From: an uncultured virus (IMG/VR IMGVR_UViG_3300032227_001252)
Taxonomy: Duplodnaviria; Heunggongvirae; Uroviricota; Caudoviricetes
Virus record (IMG/VR): IMGVR_UViG_3300032227_001252
Length of the DNA stretch: 64,000 nucleotides
Direction: 5' to 3' (one strand)
Positions 30,801 to 40,329 of the stretch are shown here, piece after piece. Position 1 is the stretch's first letter, and every line of letters starts with the position of its first letter. Below the pieces are notes generated by a model, which saw nothing but the letters and a program-made list of their open reading frames with translations, had not been told where the DNA came from and did no database searches. Position numbers and translations under genes: made by a program.

Positions 30801-32220
30801 GTCAGGCTACCCGCTGAAGCAGTACGTCAACTACACCATGCGCCCCAAGCAGACGCTGGAGCAGGTGTTCGAAGAGACTGGCTTCCGTCCGTTCGCTGTT
30901 CCTTCTGGCAAGGAAGGGCAGGTCTCGATCGAGCGCCCTGAGATCCAGATGCGCTATGTGATGTACATCCCGCGCGTCCGTCGCGCGATTGTCCGCAAGC
31001 TCAAGACCGGTATCGCTCAGACCCTGTCTACGGCGGACATCCAGAACCTCAAGGCCGTGCGCTCTCCCAAGGGTCTGGGTCTTCGCCTTGAGCAGCTCCC
31101 GGAGCAGACGGGCCGCCGTAAGCGCACGACGCCGTACTGGTCGGATCGAGGCATCACCGATCCCGACATCGTGTCTGTGTACCCCAGCATGATCCTGTCC
31201 AAGTACTTCGTCGTGACCGACGAAAACGGCATCGGGGCTGAGGGCAAGAAGGCCGCCGCCGACACCGACCTGCTGGAGTCTGCTGCGACCACGGCCCAGC
31301 GCGCCGCAGAGATGGCGGAAGCGGTCGGAACGGTCGACGCGCTGACGGTCGAAGGCGTGCCCATCGAGCAGCTCATGCTGCAGCGTCAGCGGGAACGCAA
31401 CGCAGCCGCGCGTGCAAAGGGGAAGACCACCAAGGACAGCGGTCGAGTCTTCCTCTCGCCTGAGAACAACTGGGTGAAGTACAACAAGCTCTCGAACTCC
31501 TTCCGTCGGCTCCGTAAGGGCCGCTGGGACGAGAACGCGAACGAGGGCCGCGGCGGGTACGTCGATGGCGTCGAGATCCCCCAGTACGACGTGTTCTACA
31601 CCCTGAGCGCGCCCCTGGCGTACCTCACCTTCAAGTACTTCAACACTCCCGACGCGCTCCCGCACGTCGAGGCGAAGATGGAAGACGTGGCGAACGTCTT
31701 GAAAGTCCTCGCCCCCAAGCGCGTGCCCAACAGCAAGACCCGCGAGGTTGAGGAGTACGAGCAGGTTGAGCCTGTGCGCGTGGGCTCAATCGCTGTCATC
31801 GGTCTCGATCAGAAGCTGGCTGACGTGCTGCGTCGCCCCTCCGAGCGTCCTGTCCGTAGTCGGGCCGAGACCCTTGGCGGTCTCTCCGTGTCCGAGAGCG
31901 AGTTCATGATCTCGCCGCTCAACCTCCTGATGGTCGGTGACCTTGTCACGGCTCAGGAGCAGGCGCGCAAGCACGCTGCGATGCGCGAGCAGGGTCTCGA
32001 AGACAGGTTGAGCCTGACGCTGAAGTTGCAGGAGCAGGCGCACAGGGAAGGCACCCGCGTCGGCGAGTTCCAGGGCCGTCAGGTCTACGCTCTCCCTTCC
32101 CCGAAGGCGCCCGAGGCCGCGACGCCTGTCGGAGAGTCTGACTTCGACCTCGATGATCTGCTCGGCAACCCCCGCCCGCGCCGGTCCGCAGTTCACCGCA
32201 CGTCCCGAAAGAGGTACTGA
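27877..32220 (+). CDS. Modular polyprotein (1447 aa): SH3-like module, 2H phosphoesterase-like module, DUF6582-like module, unknown modules
   Basis: HMTIQF and HVTFA (two HxT motifs); FALPGRRWPINDRRHA; modules bounded by NP motifs. Confidence 0.75.
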   Translation: MPAPKVGDRVVEGRRFGEVVALRPQNMVDVVFSDLDYPIRRPAGALTVMQRNPKPKMPVFIAAVLTPDAKKKLYRWWSTQPLAPDPLPITKSTHMTIQFRPSLADVAAAPIGSDVMLQITGWAADNQIQAVSVKPQGVGSANAVPHVTFAIKDASVAPKLSNDLFVTPGVKKKEVEGPLLAARVGWSDGGTYHYEMPEGVQSNPGPRGGLTAREREQLEGSAFALPGRRWPINDRRHAVIAMQYMLRGFGSASDYPSILKAIAKRYPMSDKRNAEIWTFYGKHKQSLGRRKIAANPSTDLAAASKYLEVAYDDAPAYFAAEPLSVKIRGKQSQFEGRWVMPGGPLSRVSAVFGEAVANFMADKFRGGEKNYRPTRADREAVFERVNRSSGSPFTSLEDFERQQKRAFERFEKFMNAFHAAPPAVQRELTTTLQLRTPLRKGVIDLHTNPAEDVYDPAKEQFRSVVQGVYESQVRKSLRLPYNAPFTDARGHRLDSSLDDGAKRKLLSSAYAIATRQGQKHGWLMPGTQTPTEKGQARAFERLSQQQAEHAAQNRMDYERTLGAARKSGYYRVVAEEVTTGSGRKALQYKVQPTPPREAGLPAYRLSQRAAEQDAAKAERFRSSAPSQARLRMNPDRTKRREQSPGTQGELEYMARMEDFLDKPVAEAREAFRWDIDNHVRVESSLRRQIAEKGLDWDDDSEQKAVAVSRRIVNRNRAFLEKKYEARESDLEDMKPSMDEKLTSAQRIAPDPMLFKQIQHIRTLQRRDDPLFRDAMAKWIPHRNMLDIETVRAMTEGAKLGGIAGSGKNRKDSDETGRVFIPALQALNAASRSRGEPELTDDTFAVIEPKQAIDDFLRATSTEEELAGKIRLDDIPLELRSNIVEERDKKGRVTKMTLVLPYMQLEKGVIAPVEGEGKSEQQENALDRAQEQRETKKLIQTVQRGFDANEPFWDVERTVLLYFPKKDEKGQPVVGSSGYPLKQYVNYTMRPKQTLEQVFEETGFRPFAVPSGKEGQVSIERPEIQMRYVMYIPRVRRAIVRKLKTGIAQTLSTADIQNLKAVRSPKGLGLRLEQLPEQTGRRKRTTPYWSDRGITDPDIVSVYPSMILSKYFVVTDENGIGAEGKKAAADTDLLESAATTAQRAAEMAEAVGTVDALTVEGVPIEQLMLQRQRERNAAARAKGKTTKDSGRVFLSPENNWVKYNKLSNSFRRLRKGRWDENANEGRGGYVDGVEIPQYDVFYTLSAPLAYLTFKYFNTPDALPHVEAKMEDVANVLKVLAPKRVPNSKTREVEEYEQVEPVRVGSIAVIGLDQKLADVLRRPSERPVRSRAETLGGLSVSESEFMISPLNLLMVGDLVTAQEQARKHAAMREQGLEDRLSLTLKLQEQAHREGTRVGEFQGRQVYALPSPKAPEAATPVGESDFDLDDLLGNPRPRRSAVHRTSRKRY

Positions 32221-33003
32221 ATGGCCACCATCACTTCGCCCCAGGGCGCTCGCTTCAAGGTGTTGTCGAGGGGCTTTCAGGTCAGCACCTTCCCTCCGTA
32301 CCTCGCCAGCCCGTTCTGGCCGACGGCGCCCTACGTTCCGGCTCCGAAGTTCGTGATCATGCCCCAGAACGTGCGCTTCGTTCCGGAGTACAACTGGGGC
32401 TGCCCGGATCACATGCCGGATCCCAACTGCGCATGCCGGCGGGGGGATGACAGCGATGAGTTCGGGGCTCTCGGCGATGCCGCTGCCCGTAAGCGCCGCG
32501 CCAAGAAGAAGGCCGCGAAGCTGCGCGCGAAGGCCATCAAGATCGAGAAGAAGGCAGGCATCGTCAAGAAGGTGAAGAAGGCCGTAGCCCCGAAGAAGGA
32601 CGGGAAGTCACTCTTCCAGAAGGCTTCCGCCGTACCGGCTGCGCCCGCACAGCAGGAGGCTCAGGAGGAGCCTGCAGAGGCGCTCCCCACGCCCGAGGGC
32701 GTGCCTCAGAACGCCGAAGAAGGCTCGAGCAACATGAAGCTCATCATCGGCGGGACTCTCGCGCTGATGGCCGCCATCGGTATCGGCTTCGCGATGCAGC
32801 AGAGCAGGAAGAGGTCTGCCTACGCGACCGCACCCGCAGCCCCGATGCCGACGATGGTGCCTGCTCGTGCCCCGGTCGCAACCCTCCCTGCGCCCGCACC
32901 CGTGAGGACTGCAGACGAAGTGGCCGCGGAGTTCGCCGAGATGCCGATCTCTGCGAACCCCCGCGGCCGGGCGATGTTGACTGTTCGGCCCTCGCGGGTC
33001 TGA
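32221..33003 (+). CDS. Membrane protein with Lys-rich segment
   Basis: EFGALGD motif; TM LIIGGTLALMAAIGIGFAM; C-terminal SANPRGR. Confidence 0.75.
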   Translation: MATITSPQGARFKVLSRGFQVSTFPPYLASPFWPTAPYVPAPKFVIMPQNVRFVPEYNWGCPDHMPDPNCACRRGDDSDEFGALGDAAARKRRAKKKAAKLRAKAIKIEKKAGIVKKVKKAVAPKKDGKSLFQKASAVPAAPAQQEAQEEPAEALPTPEGVPQNAEEGSSNMKLIIGGTLALMAAIGIGFAMQQSRKRSAYATAPAAPMPTMVPARAPVATLPAPAPVRTADEVAAEFAEMPISANPRGRAMLTVRPSRV

Positions 33004-34644
33004 TCAGTTGCCGGAGGCCTTCAGGGCGCGCATACGGTCAGCAAAGCCACGTTCAACGAGTTGCGCACCGCGGAGGTCGTCCCCGTCCACGCTCTGGAAG
33101 GGGTAGTACTTCCGCACGCGCTCACCGCCTCCCACCGGCTCGAACCCCTGCACGACGACTCGGCCGTCGTTCATCGTACGGCGGACGACGCAGTGGTGAT
33201 CCTGGGAGGGCATGTAGAGGTGATCGCCCACCTCGACATGATCGGCGGGGTTTGCCAGGCGGCGATGCGGGCCGCGGCGCGCCGGAGCGGAGTAGGCTGC
33301 AGAGCTCCACGCCGCCGCCTCGGAAGCCTTCTTCGAGGCCGCCTGCGCCTGCAGAGTCTTGGACTCAGCCCGCGTGATGAAGCGAGGGTACTGACGGCGG
33401 ATCTCCTCGACGCTCGTGCGGGCGAGCTGAGCCATACGCTGCAGTTCTGCCTCCGTGACGACGGTGTAGTTCACGCCCATGATGTGGGGGTTGGAGAACA
33501 TTTTCAGCGGATCCTTTGGCGCAGTCTTCTTGCGCCGGCGAGGCTTCAGTTTGATGTCGAGAGGGTCATGCGGTGTCTTCAGAACGCTGGGCGTCTTCCC
33601 CCGCATGGAGCGGGCTTCAGCACCTGCCGTACGGAAGATGTTCATGAGCGAGAGCTCGTCCGCTAAACCAGAAGTAGCCAGACTTTCGTCCATCGAGGTC
33701 AGCCGCATAGCACGCAGACCCGCCTCTGCTCCGACAGGCCCCATCGAGACGTCCAGGGTGACGTCCTTCGTGTACGGGGTCATGGGCGACCCGTCTCGAT
33801 TCCTCGGCGACAGAGCATCGGAAATGCCCGCCTCCACGAGTGCGTCTTGACGCAGTTTCTCAAGGTGGGCCAGACGAGCCTCGAAGCTGGCATCCACGGG
33901 CTTGTTCGCAGCCGGCGTAGGGCGTCCCGAGACGCGCCAGGGGCGACCCTCTGCCTCATGGATCCTGCGTGCGCGCCCGATCAGGAAGTAGGGCAGCGCA
34001 ACAGCCGTCCCATCGCCGAAGAAGACGACGTCCTTGTCGGGCACGAACACGACACCCATCATCTCTGAATAGAGGGCTGAGTTCGCCACAGCGTCGGCGT
34101 TGTTGATGGTGCGCTTCGCCTCGTTGACGCCGATGGAGCTCGCGTCCTCCACCGTAACGACGCGGATCGCCTCGATGCGACCCGTAATGGAGGCGAACAG
34201 GCCTTCGTCCGCGATCCAGAGGGTCAGTTCGACGCGAGGCTTCCCATCAACGTCGAGGTCGATGCGGTCCCGCGGCACGGCGCCGCCGAAGAGCACGAAC
34301 TCGATGTCGGGAACCCGCATGACGCCGCGGGCCCAGGCTCGCTGCTCAGGCCGAACCCGACGCAGGAAAGTGCCCTGCGTGCGAGCGTCCTTGGGCGTGT
34401 CGTCGTGATCGAGAACGTCCGTCCATCGGGTCGAAGGGGCGCCCTTCCAGCCTGTGGGCGTAGGGCGCTTCTCTCGCGGCACCTTCTTGCCCGAGATCAG
34501 CGACCCTTCTCGGCCGCCCGTAACCATGACATGCGACTTCCGAAGGTGCTCTGGGTACTCGGTGCGCTTCGGCACGACCCTGCCCGTGGGCCCGACAGAG
34601 TGGCTGAAGTATCGCGGCGCGAGAGAGGTAGGAGCCTTAGCCAC
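33004..34644 (-). CDS. Hypothetical modular protein with NP-bounded C-terminal modules
   Basis: 546 aa; FSNP and RLANP; last module SH3-like (VEVGDHLY...VVRR...GRVVV). Confidence 0.7.
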   Translation of the reverse strand: MAKAPTSLAPRYFSHSVGPTGRVVPKRTEYPEHLRKSHVMVTGGREGSLISGKKVPREKRPTPTGWKGAPSTRWTDVLDHDDTPKDARTQGTFLRRVRPEQRAWARGVMRVPDIEFVLFGGAVPRDRIDLDVDGKPRVELTLWIADEGLFASITGRIEAIRVVTVEDASSIGVNEAKRTINNADAVANSALYSEMMGVVFVPDKDVVFFGDGTAVALPYFLIGRARRIHEAEGRPWRVSGRPTPAANKPVDASFEARLAHLEKLRQDALVEAGISDALSPRNRDGSPMTPYTKDVTLDVSMGPVGAEAGLRAMRLTSMDESLATSGLADELSLMNIFRTAGAEARSMRGKTPSVLKTPHDPLDIKLKPRRRKKTAPKDPLKMFSNPHIMGVNYTVVTEAELQRMAQLARTSVEEIRRQYPRFITRAESKTLQAQAASKKASEAAAWSSAAYSAPARRGPHRRLANPADHVEVGDHLYMPSQDHHCVVRRTMNDGRVVVQGFEPVGGGERVRKYYPFQSVDGDDLRGAQLVERGFADRMRALKASGN

Positions 34645-34957
34645 GCTTGCCCCTGCGCGTCTGATGCTGAGAGTATGCCTCTTCGAGGAGGCCGCCGACT
34701 CCGCCCACGTCGAGCGGGTCGCCGCGGAGCGACTGGTTGACCGCCATCAGTTTCAGGCAGCGATAGCAGGTCACCACCTCCCCCTGTACGCGGTGCAAGA
34801 TCGTGGGGCGCTTGCGGAGCTCCTTCTCATCATCGTTGGGCATGCAGAGGGTGCCAGGCAGCAGAGGATGCTTGACGTGCACCATCTCCCCCTTGCCCAC
34901 GCGGACGAGGTCGGCATCACCAAGACGGCGACCCAGAGGGTTGATGAGGATCCGCAT
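34637..34957 (-). CDS. Small putative Zn-binding protein
   Basis: H...C...CYRC; TAGGAT-6 nt-ATG leaderless start. Confidence 0.65.
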   Translation of the reverse strand: MRILINPLGRRLGDADLVRVGKGEMVHVKHPLLPGTLCMPNDDEKELRKRPTILHRVQGEVVTCYRCLKLMAVNQSLRGDPLDVGGVGGLLEEAYSQHQTRRGKRG

Positions 34958-35025
34958 GAGTGCATCCTACCGCGGAGTGGTCACAGTGCGTACCGTCCGA
35001 TGGCCCCCTGTGCTAGGAGTTCGTC

Positions 35026-36591
35026 ATGCACACACTCAGGCCCTTTCAGCAGGAAGACCTGGACAACCTCACCCAGAACGACTACCGAGCGCTCATCGCG
35101 AACGCTCCCGGCACCGGAAAGACGATCCTCGTCCTGTCGTCCATCCTCCGAAGCCCCCACAAGCTCCTGCCCGCAGTCGTCATCAGCCCTGCCTCCGTTG
35201 TCCGAAACTGGAGGAAGGAAGCGCGCAAGTGGGCGCCGGGCCTTCGTATCCACCTCATCGAAGACACCAGTACGCCTGTCCCCGCTCGCCCCGTGGACAT
35301 CTACATCCTCTCCTGGTCGCTGCTTCCTTCTCGGTGGGCGGAACTCGCGCAGAAGAACCCCCAGCTCATCGTCGGCGACGAGATCCACTTCGCCAAGAAC
35401 GAGGACGCGCTCAGAACGCAGGCCATGGCCTCGCTGTGCGCTCGGACTGCACACCTGCTCCTGCTGTCGGGAACGCCGATCATCAACGACACCGACGAAC
35501 TTGACGCCATCAACAACCTGTTCGGCGCAAAGCGGCCCGTGATGATCCGCCGTCTTCTGGAGGACGTGGCGAAGGACATCCCACCGAAAACACGCGCTCG
35601 CGTTCACGTTGAACTCCCTCCGAGGGTTGAAGCCCGGTATCGCAGTGCTGCAGAGGACTTCGCGGCCTGGCTCGAGAAGGAGATGGCGCAGCGCAAGTCT
35701 CGCGGCGAAGCCGAGGACGCTGCAACACGCGCCTTGGCCGCGGAAGCTCTGGTGAAGGTCGGCTACCTTCGCCGCATTTTGGCCCTCGGAAAGGTGTTCG
35801 CCGCCGCGGACTTCACTGCGCGTCTGGTGCGGGCAGGCGAGCCTGTTGTGCTCTTCGCCGAGCACAAGTCCGTCATCTCCCGCCTTCAGAAGTGCCTCCG
35901 CAAGCAGCGAATCCCCTTCGTGACCATTGACGGGTCAACATCTTCGAAGATGCGCCACCGCGCTGTTGAGGACTTCCAGAGGAACAGAGTGCCGGTGTTC
36001 ATCGGGTCCAAGGCCGCGAAAGAGGGCCTGACGCTGACGACCGCCCGGCACCTCATCTTCGTGGAGCGCTACTGGACTGCGGCCGAGGAGGAGCAGGCAG
36101 AGGATCGCATCCGCCGCATCGGACAGACCTTCCCGACGAAGATCTGGTTCTTGCACGTCCCGCAGACCGTAGACGACCGCATCTCTGCCATCATCGACAG
36201 GAAGCGCCGCATCGTCCGTCAGGCGATCGGAGCCGCCACCATCGCCGAGACACCAGAGCGGACTGTGGAGATGATGATTTCGGAGTGGTCGCGGCACGCG
36301 GGTGCTCCCGTCATGGAGAGCACGGATCTTGGGCGCTCGGAACCGCTTCCTCCGATGCCGCGCAGCCGTGACGTCTACTGCATCCGGTTCAAAGGGGATC
36401 GCTGGAAGCCCGAGAACGCACTCCGCTGGTGCAAGATGCTTGGGTATCGACCCTCACGCAGCACGCCGACGAAGGCGGGCTTCGAGTTCATGCTCAACAC
36501 CCCTGACCTCTATGTGCCAGGGACGTTCACGCTGTTCCGCGTAGCACAGGACATAGCCATGTACACCGGAACTCGTCGGGAAGCGGGATAG
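35026..36591 (+). CDS. SNF2-family (HARP/SMARCAL1-like) helicase
   Basis: LRPFQ, APGTGKT, GDEIH, LLSGTP, KEGLTLT, QAEDRIRRIGQ. Confidence 0.92.
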   Translation: MHTLRPFQQEDLDNLTQNDYRALIANAPGTGKTILVLSSILRSPHKLLPAVVISPASVVRNWRKEARKWAPGLRIHLIEDTSTPVPARPVDIYILSWSLLPSRWAELAQKNPQLIVGDEIHFAKNEDALRTQAMASLCARTAHLLLLSGTPIINDTDELDAINNLFGAKRPVMIRRLLEDVAKDIPPKTRARVHVELPPRVEARYRSAAEDFAAWLEKEMAQRKSRGEAEDAATRALAAEALVKVGYLRRILALGKVFAAADFTARLVRAGEPVVLFAEHKSVISRLQKCLRKQRIPFVTIDGSTSSKMRHRAVEDFQRNRVPVFIGSKAAKEGLTLTTARHLIFVERYWTAAEEEQAEDRIRRIGQTFPTKIWFLHVPQTVDDRISAIIDRKRRIVRQAIGAATIAETPERTVEMMISEWSRHAGAPVMESTDLGRSEPLPPMPRSRDVYCIRFKGDRWKPENALRWCKMLGYRPSRSTPTKAGFEFMLNTPDLYVPGTFTLFRVAQDIAMYTGTRREAG

Positions 36592-36613
36592 TCTGTCAGC
36601 GAGAGAGCGTGCC

Positions 36614-37087
36614 GTGAACGACCAGCAGTTTTCCAATGTACTTCTGGGTCTCCTTGCCGCCTCGCGCGCGCACTACCTGTGGTTCCACGGAGCCCACCAT
36701 GTGACCCGTGGTGTCGGCTTCGAGGGCGACCACAAGCTGTACGCCAAGATCTACGAGACCTACCTCGCCGAGTACGACGCGGCGGCAGAGAAGGCCATCG
36801 CAGCAGTTGGAGAGCGGATCGCTGACCCCATCACGGTCACGGGCGCCGCCCAGCAGATGCTGTCTGGCATGCCCAGCCCGACGTCGATGGCCGCGACCGG
36901 GATCGCGGCTGCTGGTCTCACTCTGACTCGCTCTTTCATCTCCCGTCTCGAGAAGACGCGCGCGGACCTCAACGCAGGGAACCGCCTCAGCCTCGGGATG
37001 GACAACTTCCTCGCCCAGGCCGCGGACGATCACGAGACGTTCGTCTACAAACTCGGTCAGCGGGTCAAGGTCAACGAGGCACGCTGA
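36614..37087 (+). CDS. Dps/ferritin-like protein
   Basis: HGAHHVTRGVGFEGDHKLYAKIY...DAAAEK...DDHETFVY four-helix pattern. Confidence 0.8.
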   Translation: MNDQQFSNVLLGLLAASRAHYLWFHGAHHVTRGVGFEGDHKLYAKIYETYLAEYDAAAEKAIAAVGERIADPITVTGAAQQMLSGMPSPTSMAATGIAAAGLTLTRSFISRLEKTRADLNAGNRLSLGMDNFLAQAADDHETFVYKLGQRVKVNEAR

Positions 37088-37470
37088 TGGAGTCGGACGC
37101 GTACATCAACGCTGTGGCTCTTCTTGGCGGCGGTATCGTCTCGCTGGGGGCTGTCATCGCGGCGGTGGTGCAGATCCGTTCTTGGATCCGCGAGCCGTTC
37201 CAGAAGCTCGAGAGCGCGATCGAGTCCTCGAAGGCAGCCCACGCTGCAGACATCGCCGCACTGGCTTCGCGCGTGAACGTGCTCACGACAGAGATGCAGA
37301 CGCTTCAGGTCCACTTCGACCCCAACGGCGGCAACCTGCGCGGGCGCATCGTCGCGATCGAGCAGAAACTCATCGGCCTTGAGATGAATGGCGCTGCGGA
37401 GCGCGCTGAACTTCGAGGCCTTATCGTTGATCTCCGCCCCATCTTGAACGACCTTCGGGAGCGTCCATGA
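37087..37470 (+). CDS. Membrane protein with N-terminal TM and coiled coil
   Basis: AVALLGGGIVSLGAVIAAVV followed by a heptad pattern. Confidence 0.7.
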   Translation: MESDAYINAVALLGGGIVSLGAVIAAVVQIRSWIREPFQKLESAIESSKAAHAADIAALASRVNVLTTEMQTLQVHFDPNGGNLRGRIVAIEQKLIGLEMNGAAERAELRGLIVDLRPILNDLRERP

Positions 37471-37601
37471 CGGAACGGATTTCTGCGAAGACGCGGGAAG
37501 CTCTCGGAAGGCTGGCACAGGTGGTCTCATGCGCGGACAGAGCGCTGACCCGTGACGTGCTGCATTTCGAGCAGATCACCGAGTACCCGCACACGGACGA
37601 G

Positions 37602-38198
37602 TCAACCGGTGAGGAAGGCGTAGATCCGAGCGGAGATGCGCTCTCCGACAGCGCGGGCAAACGCCTGCTTCTGCGCGTCATTTAGCCGGGCCTTGGCCGT
37701 AATCAGGTCCGCGAACGTGACCGCAGCGGTGAGGCGGATGACCCCCGCACGCGTACGGTTCTCCTCCATGGACACGCAGGCGTCCGCGAACTGACGTCCT
37801 GCTTCCGCGTTGATGACCGTCTCGGTCAAACCCTGCGCTGCCTTGAACGCGGTGCCGAGAACGTCACCCCACGACCCCCACGGAGTGCCTCCCGGCTTCA
37901 CACCCGGAGGTGTGCCAGGAGGGGGCGTCTTCTCTGACCCCGGCGGAGGGCTTCCCGTCCACCACTGCCCGCCTGACGGACCGGCCGGGGGAGGCGGCGG
38001 TTCAGGAGGCTCACCGCGGGCTGCACGCTTCTGCGCGGCGTCCCACCGAAGCGCTTCGAGGCCCAGCCCCGGATACTTCTCTTCCAGGCGCGCACGCGCG
38101 ACCCCAGCCGCACTGCGCTCACCGGGCTCAGTCGACTGCTCGGCGAGGTTGTGCACGCCCATGTACTTCTTGAGGAGTTCTTCGGGGAAGGCTGGCAT
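37602..38198 (-). CDS. Hypothetical protein with DUF2786-like N-terminus
   Basis: NLAEQSTEPGERSAAGVARARLEEKY; Pro/Gly linker. Confidence 0.6.
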   Translation of the reverse strand: MPAFPEELLKKYMGVHNLAEQSTEPGERSAAGVARARLEEKYPGLGLEALRWDAAQKRAARGEPPEPPPPPAGPSGGQWWTGSPPPGSEKTPPPGTPPGVKPGGTPWGSWGDVLGTAFKAAQGLTETVINAEAGRQFADACVSMEENRTRAGVIRLTAAVTFADLITAKARLNDAQKQAFARAVGERISARIYAFLTG

Positions 38199-38258
38199 CA
38201 TCAGCAATCTGTCCCGACGCGTGCTCCGCTGCAAGAGCAGTAGAGCACCTCAAGAGCA

Positions 38259-38795
38259 CTACTTCTGGCGCGCCTGCATGTCCTCGAGGATTTCCTGCGC
38301 GGCGCCGATCATGCCCTCAGGGCTCTTGTCCCCGAGCACGGCCGCGCGACGCTTCACCGTCTCATTGAAGCGGTTGCGGTCAACGGGACGGCCCAGCAGC
38401 TGCTCGATGTCACGCACGATGCCGTCGTACATGCGACGCTTCGCCCTCAGATCTTCCTCATGGGCCGAGGCATCTCGCTGGGCCCCGCGCTGAGCCTCAA
38501 GTTCGTTCGCGATTCGAGCGAGCTGTCCGGCATGGAAACGGGCGATCTGGAGCGCGCGCTGGAAGGCTGCCGAGTCGAGCGGCTGGCGGGCAAGGATCAT
38601 CATGGCGAGGCGCGTGCCGTCAGGCGCGGTGGTCTGGGAGAAGCCTGCGCTGTTGCGGCGCTTCGCGCTGCCGGACGAGCGCTCGTCCTCTGTCTGCCGC
38701 TCGTGGAGGGCAAGGATGGCGCGCTTCACGGCGTCGGGGTTGCCATTGAGGAGGGCCAGGATGTGGTCCTTCGTGAACTTGTTGGACGCGGCCAT
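38259..38795 (-). CDS. Phage-type hypothetical protein
   Basis: SD GGAG; RAILALHERQTEDE...NSAGFS. Confidence 0.7.
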   Translation of the reverse strand: MAASNKFTKDHILALLNGNPDAVKRAILALHERQTEDERSSGSAKRRNSAGFSQTTAPDGTRLAMMILARQPLDSAAFQRALQIARFHAGQLARIANELEAQRGAQRDASAHEEDLRAKRRMYDGIVRDIEQLLGRPVDRNRFNETVKRRAAVLGDKSPEGMIGAAQEILEDMQARQK

Positions 38796-38882
38796 GCGCT
38801 TCATCTCCGCATGAAGTGTAGGAAACGAGTCGCGATTCCCGAACGCGGATGTGCTCTCGAAAGTTTTTCTCGCCTGGAGTGC

Positions 38883-38911
38883 TTGACGGTCTTGGCCAGG
38901 GGGAGTACCTT
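38883..38911 (+). promoter_or_regulatory. Sigma70-type promoter for the DGQHR gene
   Basis: TTGACG-17 bp-TACCTT. Confidence 0.6.
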
Positions 38912-38959
38912 CACACCACCTGGCGCTTCTGCTCAACCCTGCCAGGCGGAGTAAACACA

Positions 38960-40255
38960 ATGTCGACCCTCGCTGACCTCGTCCAGTCCAACAAGCCCAC
39001 GGGCCACCGCCTCATCGAGATCTTCTGCCGCCCCAGCAACAACCTTGGCTCCATCACGCTCACGACCTCCATCGACGTCGGTACCTTCCTCAACCAGTCG
39101 AAGGTCGGCAACGACGCGGCTCTCGGCCACGTCACCCAGCGTCCGCTGAACGAGAAGCACGCCACCGGCATGGCTGCCTTCAACCTGTCCGCGCTCATCA
39201 ACTACACCGTGAAGGACTACGAAGCGAAGCACGGCCCGATCCCCACCGAGATCGTCGAGGTGTTTGACCACGTCTCGCGCAAGTCCTACTACTCGTGGGC
39301 TCCCCTCGTCTGCTCGGTCCGCTTCCCCTTCTCGGAAGTCCTCGCCACGCGCTACGCCACGGGCGAGTACAGCGTCAAGCTGCGGCCCGACCAGCTCCTC
39401 TGGGTGGTGGACGGCCAGCACCGCCGCGTGGGCCTCGAGTTCACCCGCAAGTGGATCGAGGAGATCTCCACCACGCGCAAGTACCCCCGCGTGAAGGACG
39501 CCTTCCCCCCGGGCCTCCGTCAGGTCGGTGACGAGGCGCTCCTGTTCTGGCGCATGGCGGATGAGAAGTTCCAGTCCGAGTTCTCCGTCACCACGGAGGT
39601 GCACTTCGGCATGAGCATCGACCAGGAGCGGCAGCTCTTCTACTTCCTCAACGACCTCGGCCGCGCCGTCCCCGCCGCCATCAGCCAGGCCTTCGATCAG
39701 GACAACCCCATCAACCTCTTCACGCAGACCCTCGTCGCCGACCTGTTCCCCGCGGACTCCGTGGAGATGGTGAAGCCGCAGGTCAACTGGGAGGACGAGA
39801 AGTGGATCCGTCTCGACAGCCTCAACGGCATCAACGCCCGCCTGCTCCTGAACCACGGCAGCATCGACAACGCCAAGGCGTCGGTGGTCAACCCGCGGCT
39901 CGATGAGGCGCGCGCCTTCTGGGAGGTCGTCACCAAGATCCCCGGCGTCTTCGACCGCAAGACCTCCCTCGCGGCCCAGCCCGCGATGCTCAAGGCCATT
40001 GCCAAGTGCTTCTACGACCTCAAGTGGGCCCGCGGGTCCGGTCGCAAGGCTCTCCCCGCTGACATCGCGGAGAAGTTCCTCGCCGCCCTCCCGACCGTGG
40101 ACTTCAGCCACACCAACCCGCTGTTCCAGTCGGCTGGTGGGAACAAGAACATCGGGTCCCTGCACGCGGACGGCACCTTCCGCTTCAGCCCGTCGCACAA
40201 CGAGATCGTTCCTCTTCTCGCGGTTGTGCTCCGCCAGTTGACCCAGACGCTGTAG
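38960..40255 (+). CDS. DGQHR-domain (DndB/ParB-like) protein
   Basis: QRPL...WVVDGQHRR...QERQLFYFLN. Confidence 0.85.
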   Translation: MSTLADLVQSNKPTGHRLIEIFCRPSNNLGSITLTTSIDVGTFLNQSKVGNDAALGHVTQRPLNEKHATGMAAFNLSALINYTVKDYEAKHGPIPTEIVEVFDHVSRKSYYSWAPLVCSVRFPFSEVLATRYATGEYSVKLRPDQLLWVVDGQHRRVGLEFTRKWIEEISTTRKYPRVKDAFPPGLRQVGDEALLFWRMADEKFQSEFSVTTEVHFGMSIDQERQLFYFLNDLGRAVPAAISQAFDQDNPINLFTQTLVADLFPADSVEMVKPQVNWEDEKWIRLDSLNGINARLLLNHGSIDNAKASVVNPRLDEARAFWEVVTKIPGVFDRKTSLAAQPAMLKAIAKCFYDLKWARGSGRKALPADIAEKFLAALPTVDFSHTNPLFQSAGGNKNIGSLHADGTFRFSPSHNEIVPLLAVVLRQLTQTL

Positions 40256-40329
40256 ACTGTAGATAGGCCGCCTGCCCAGAGTGCCCTCGTCTCCCCCTGC
40301 CCAGGGGAGGCGGGGGCTATTCTCGTTCC

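Noticed and set aside
37467..37685. 72-aa plus-strand ORF
   Set aside because: ATGA-coupled but overlaps the convergent 37602 gene by 84 bp and has no recognisable features; not supportable.
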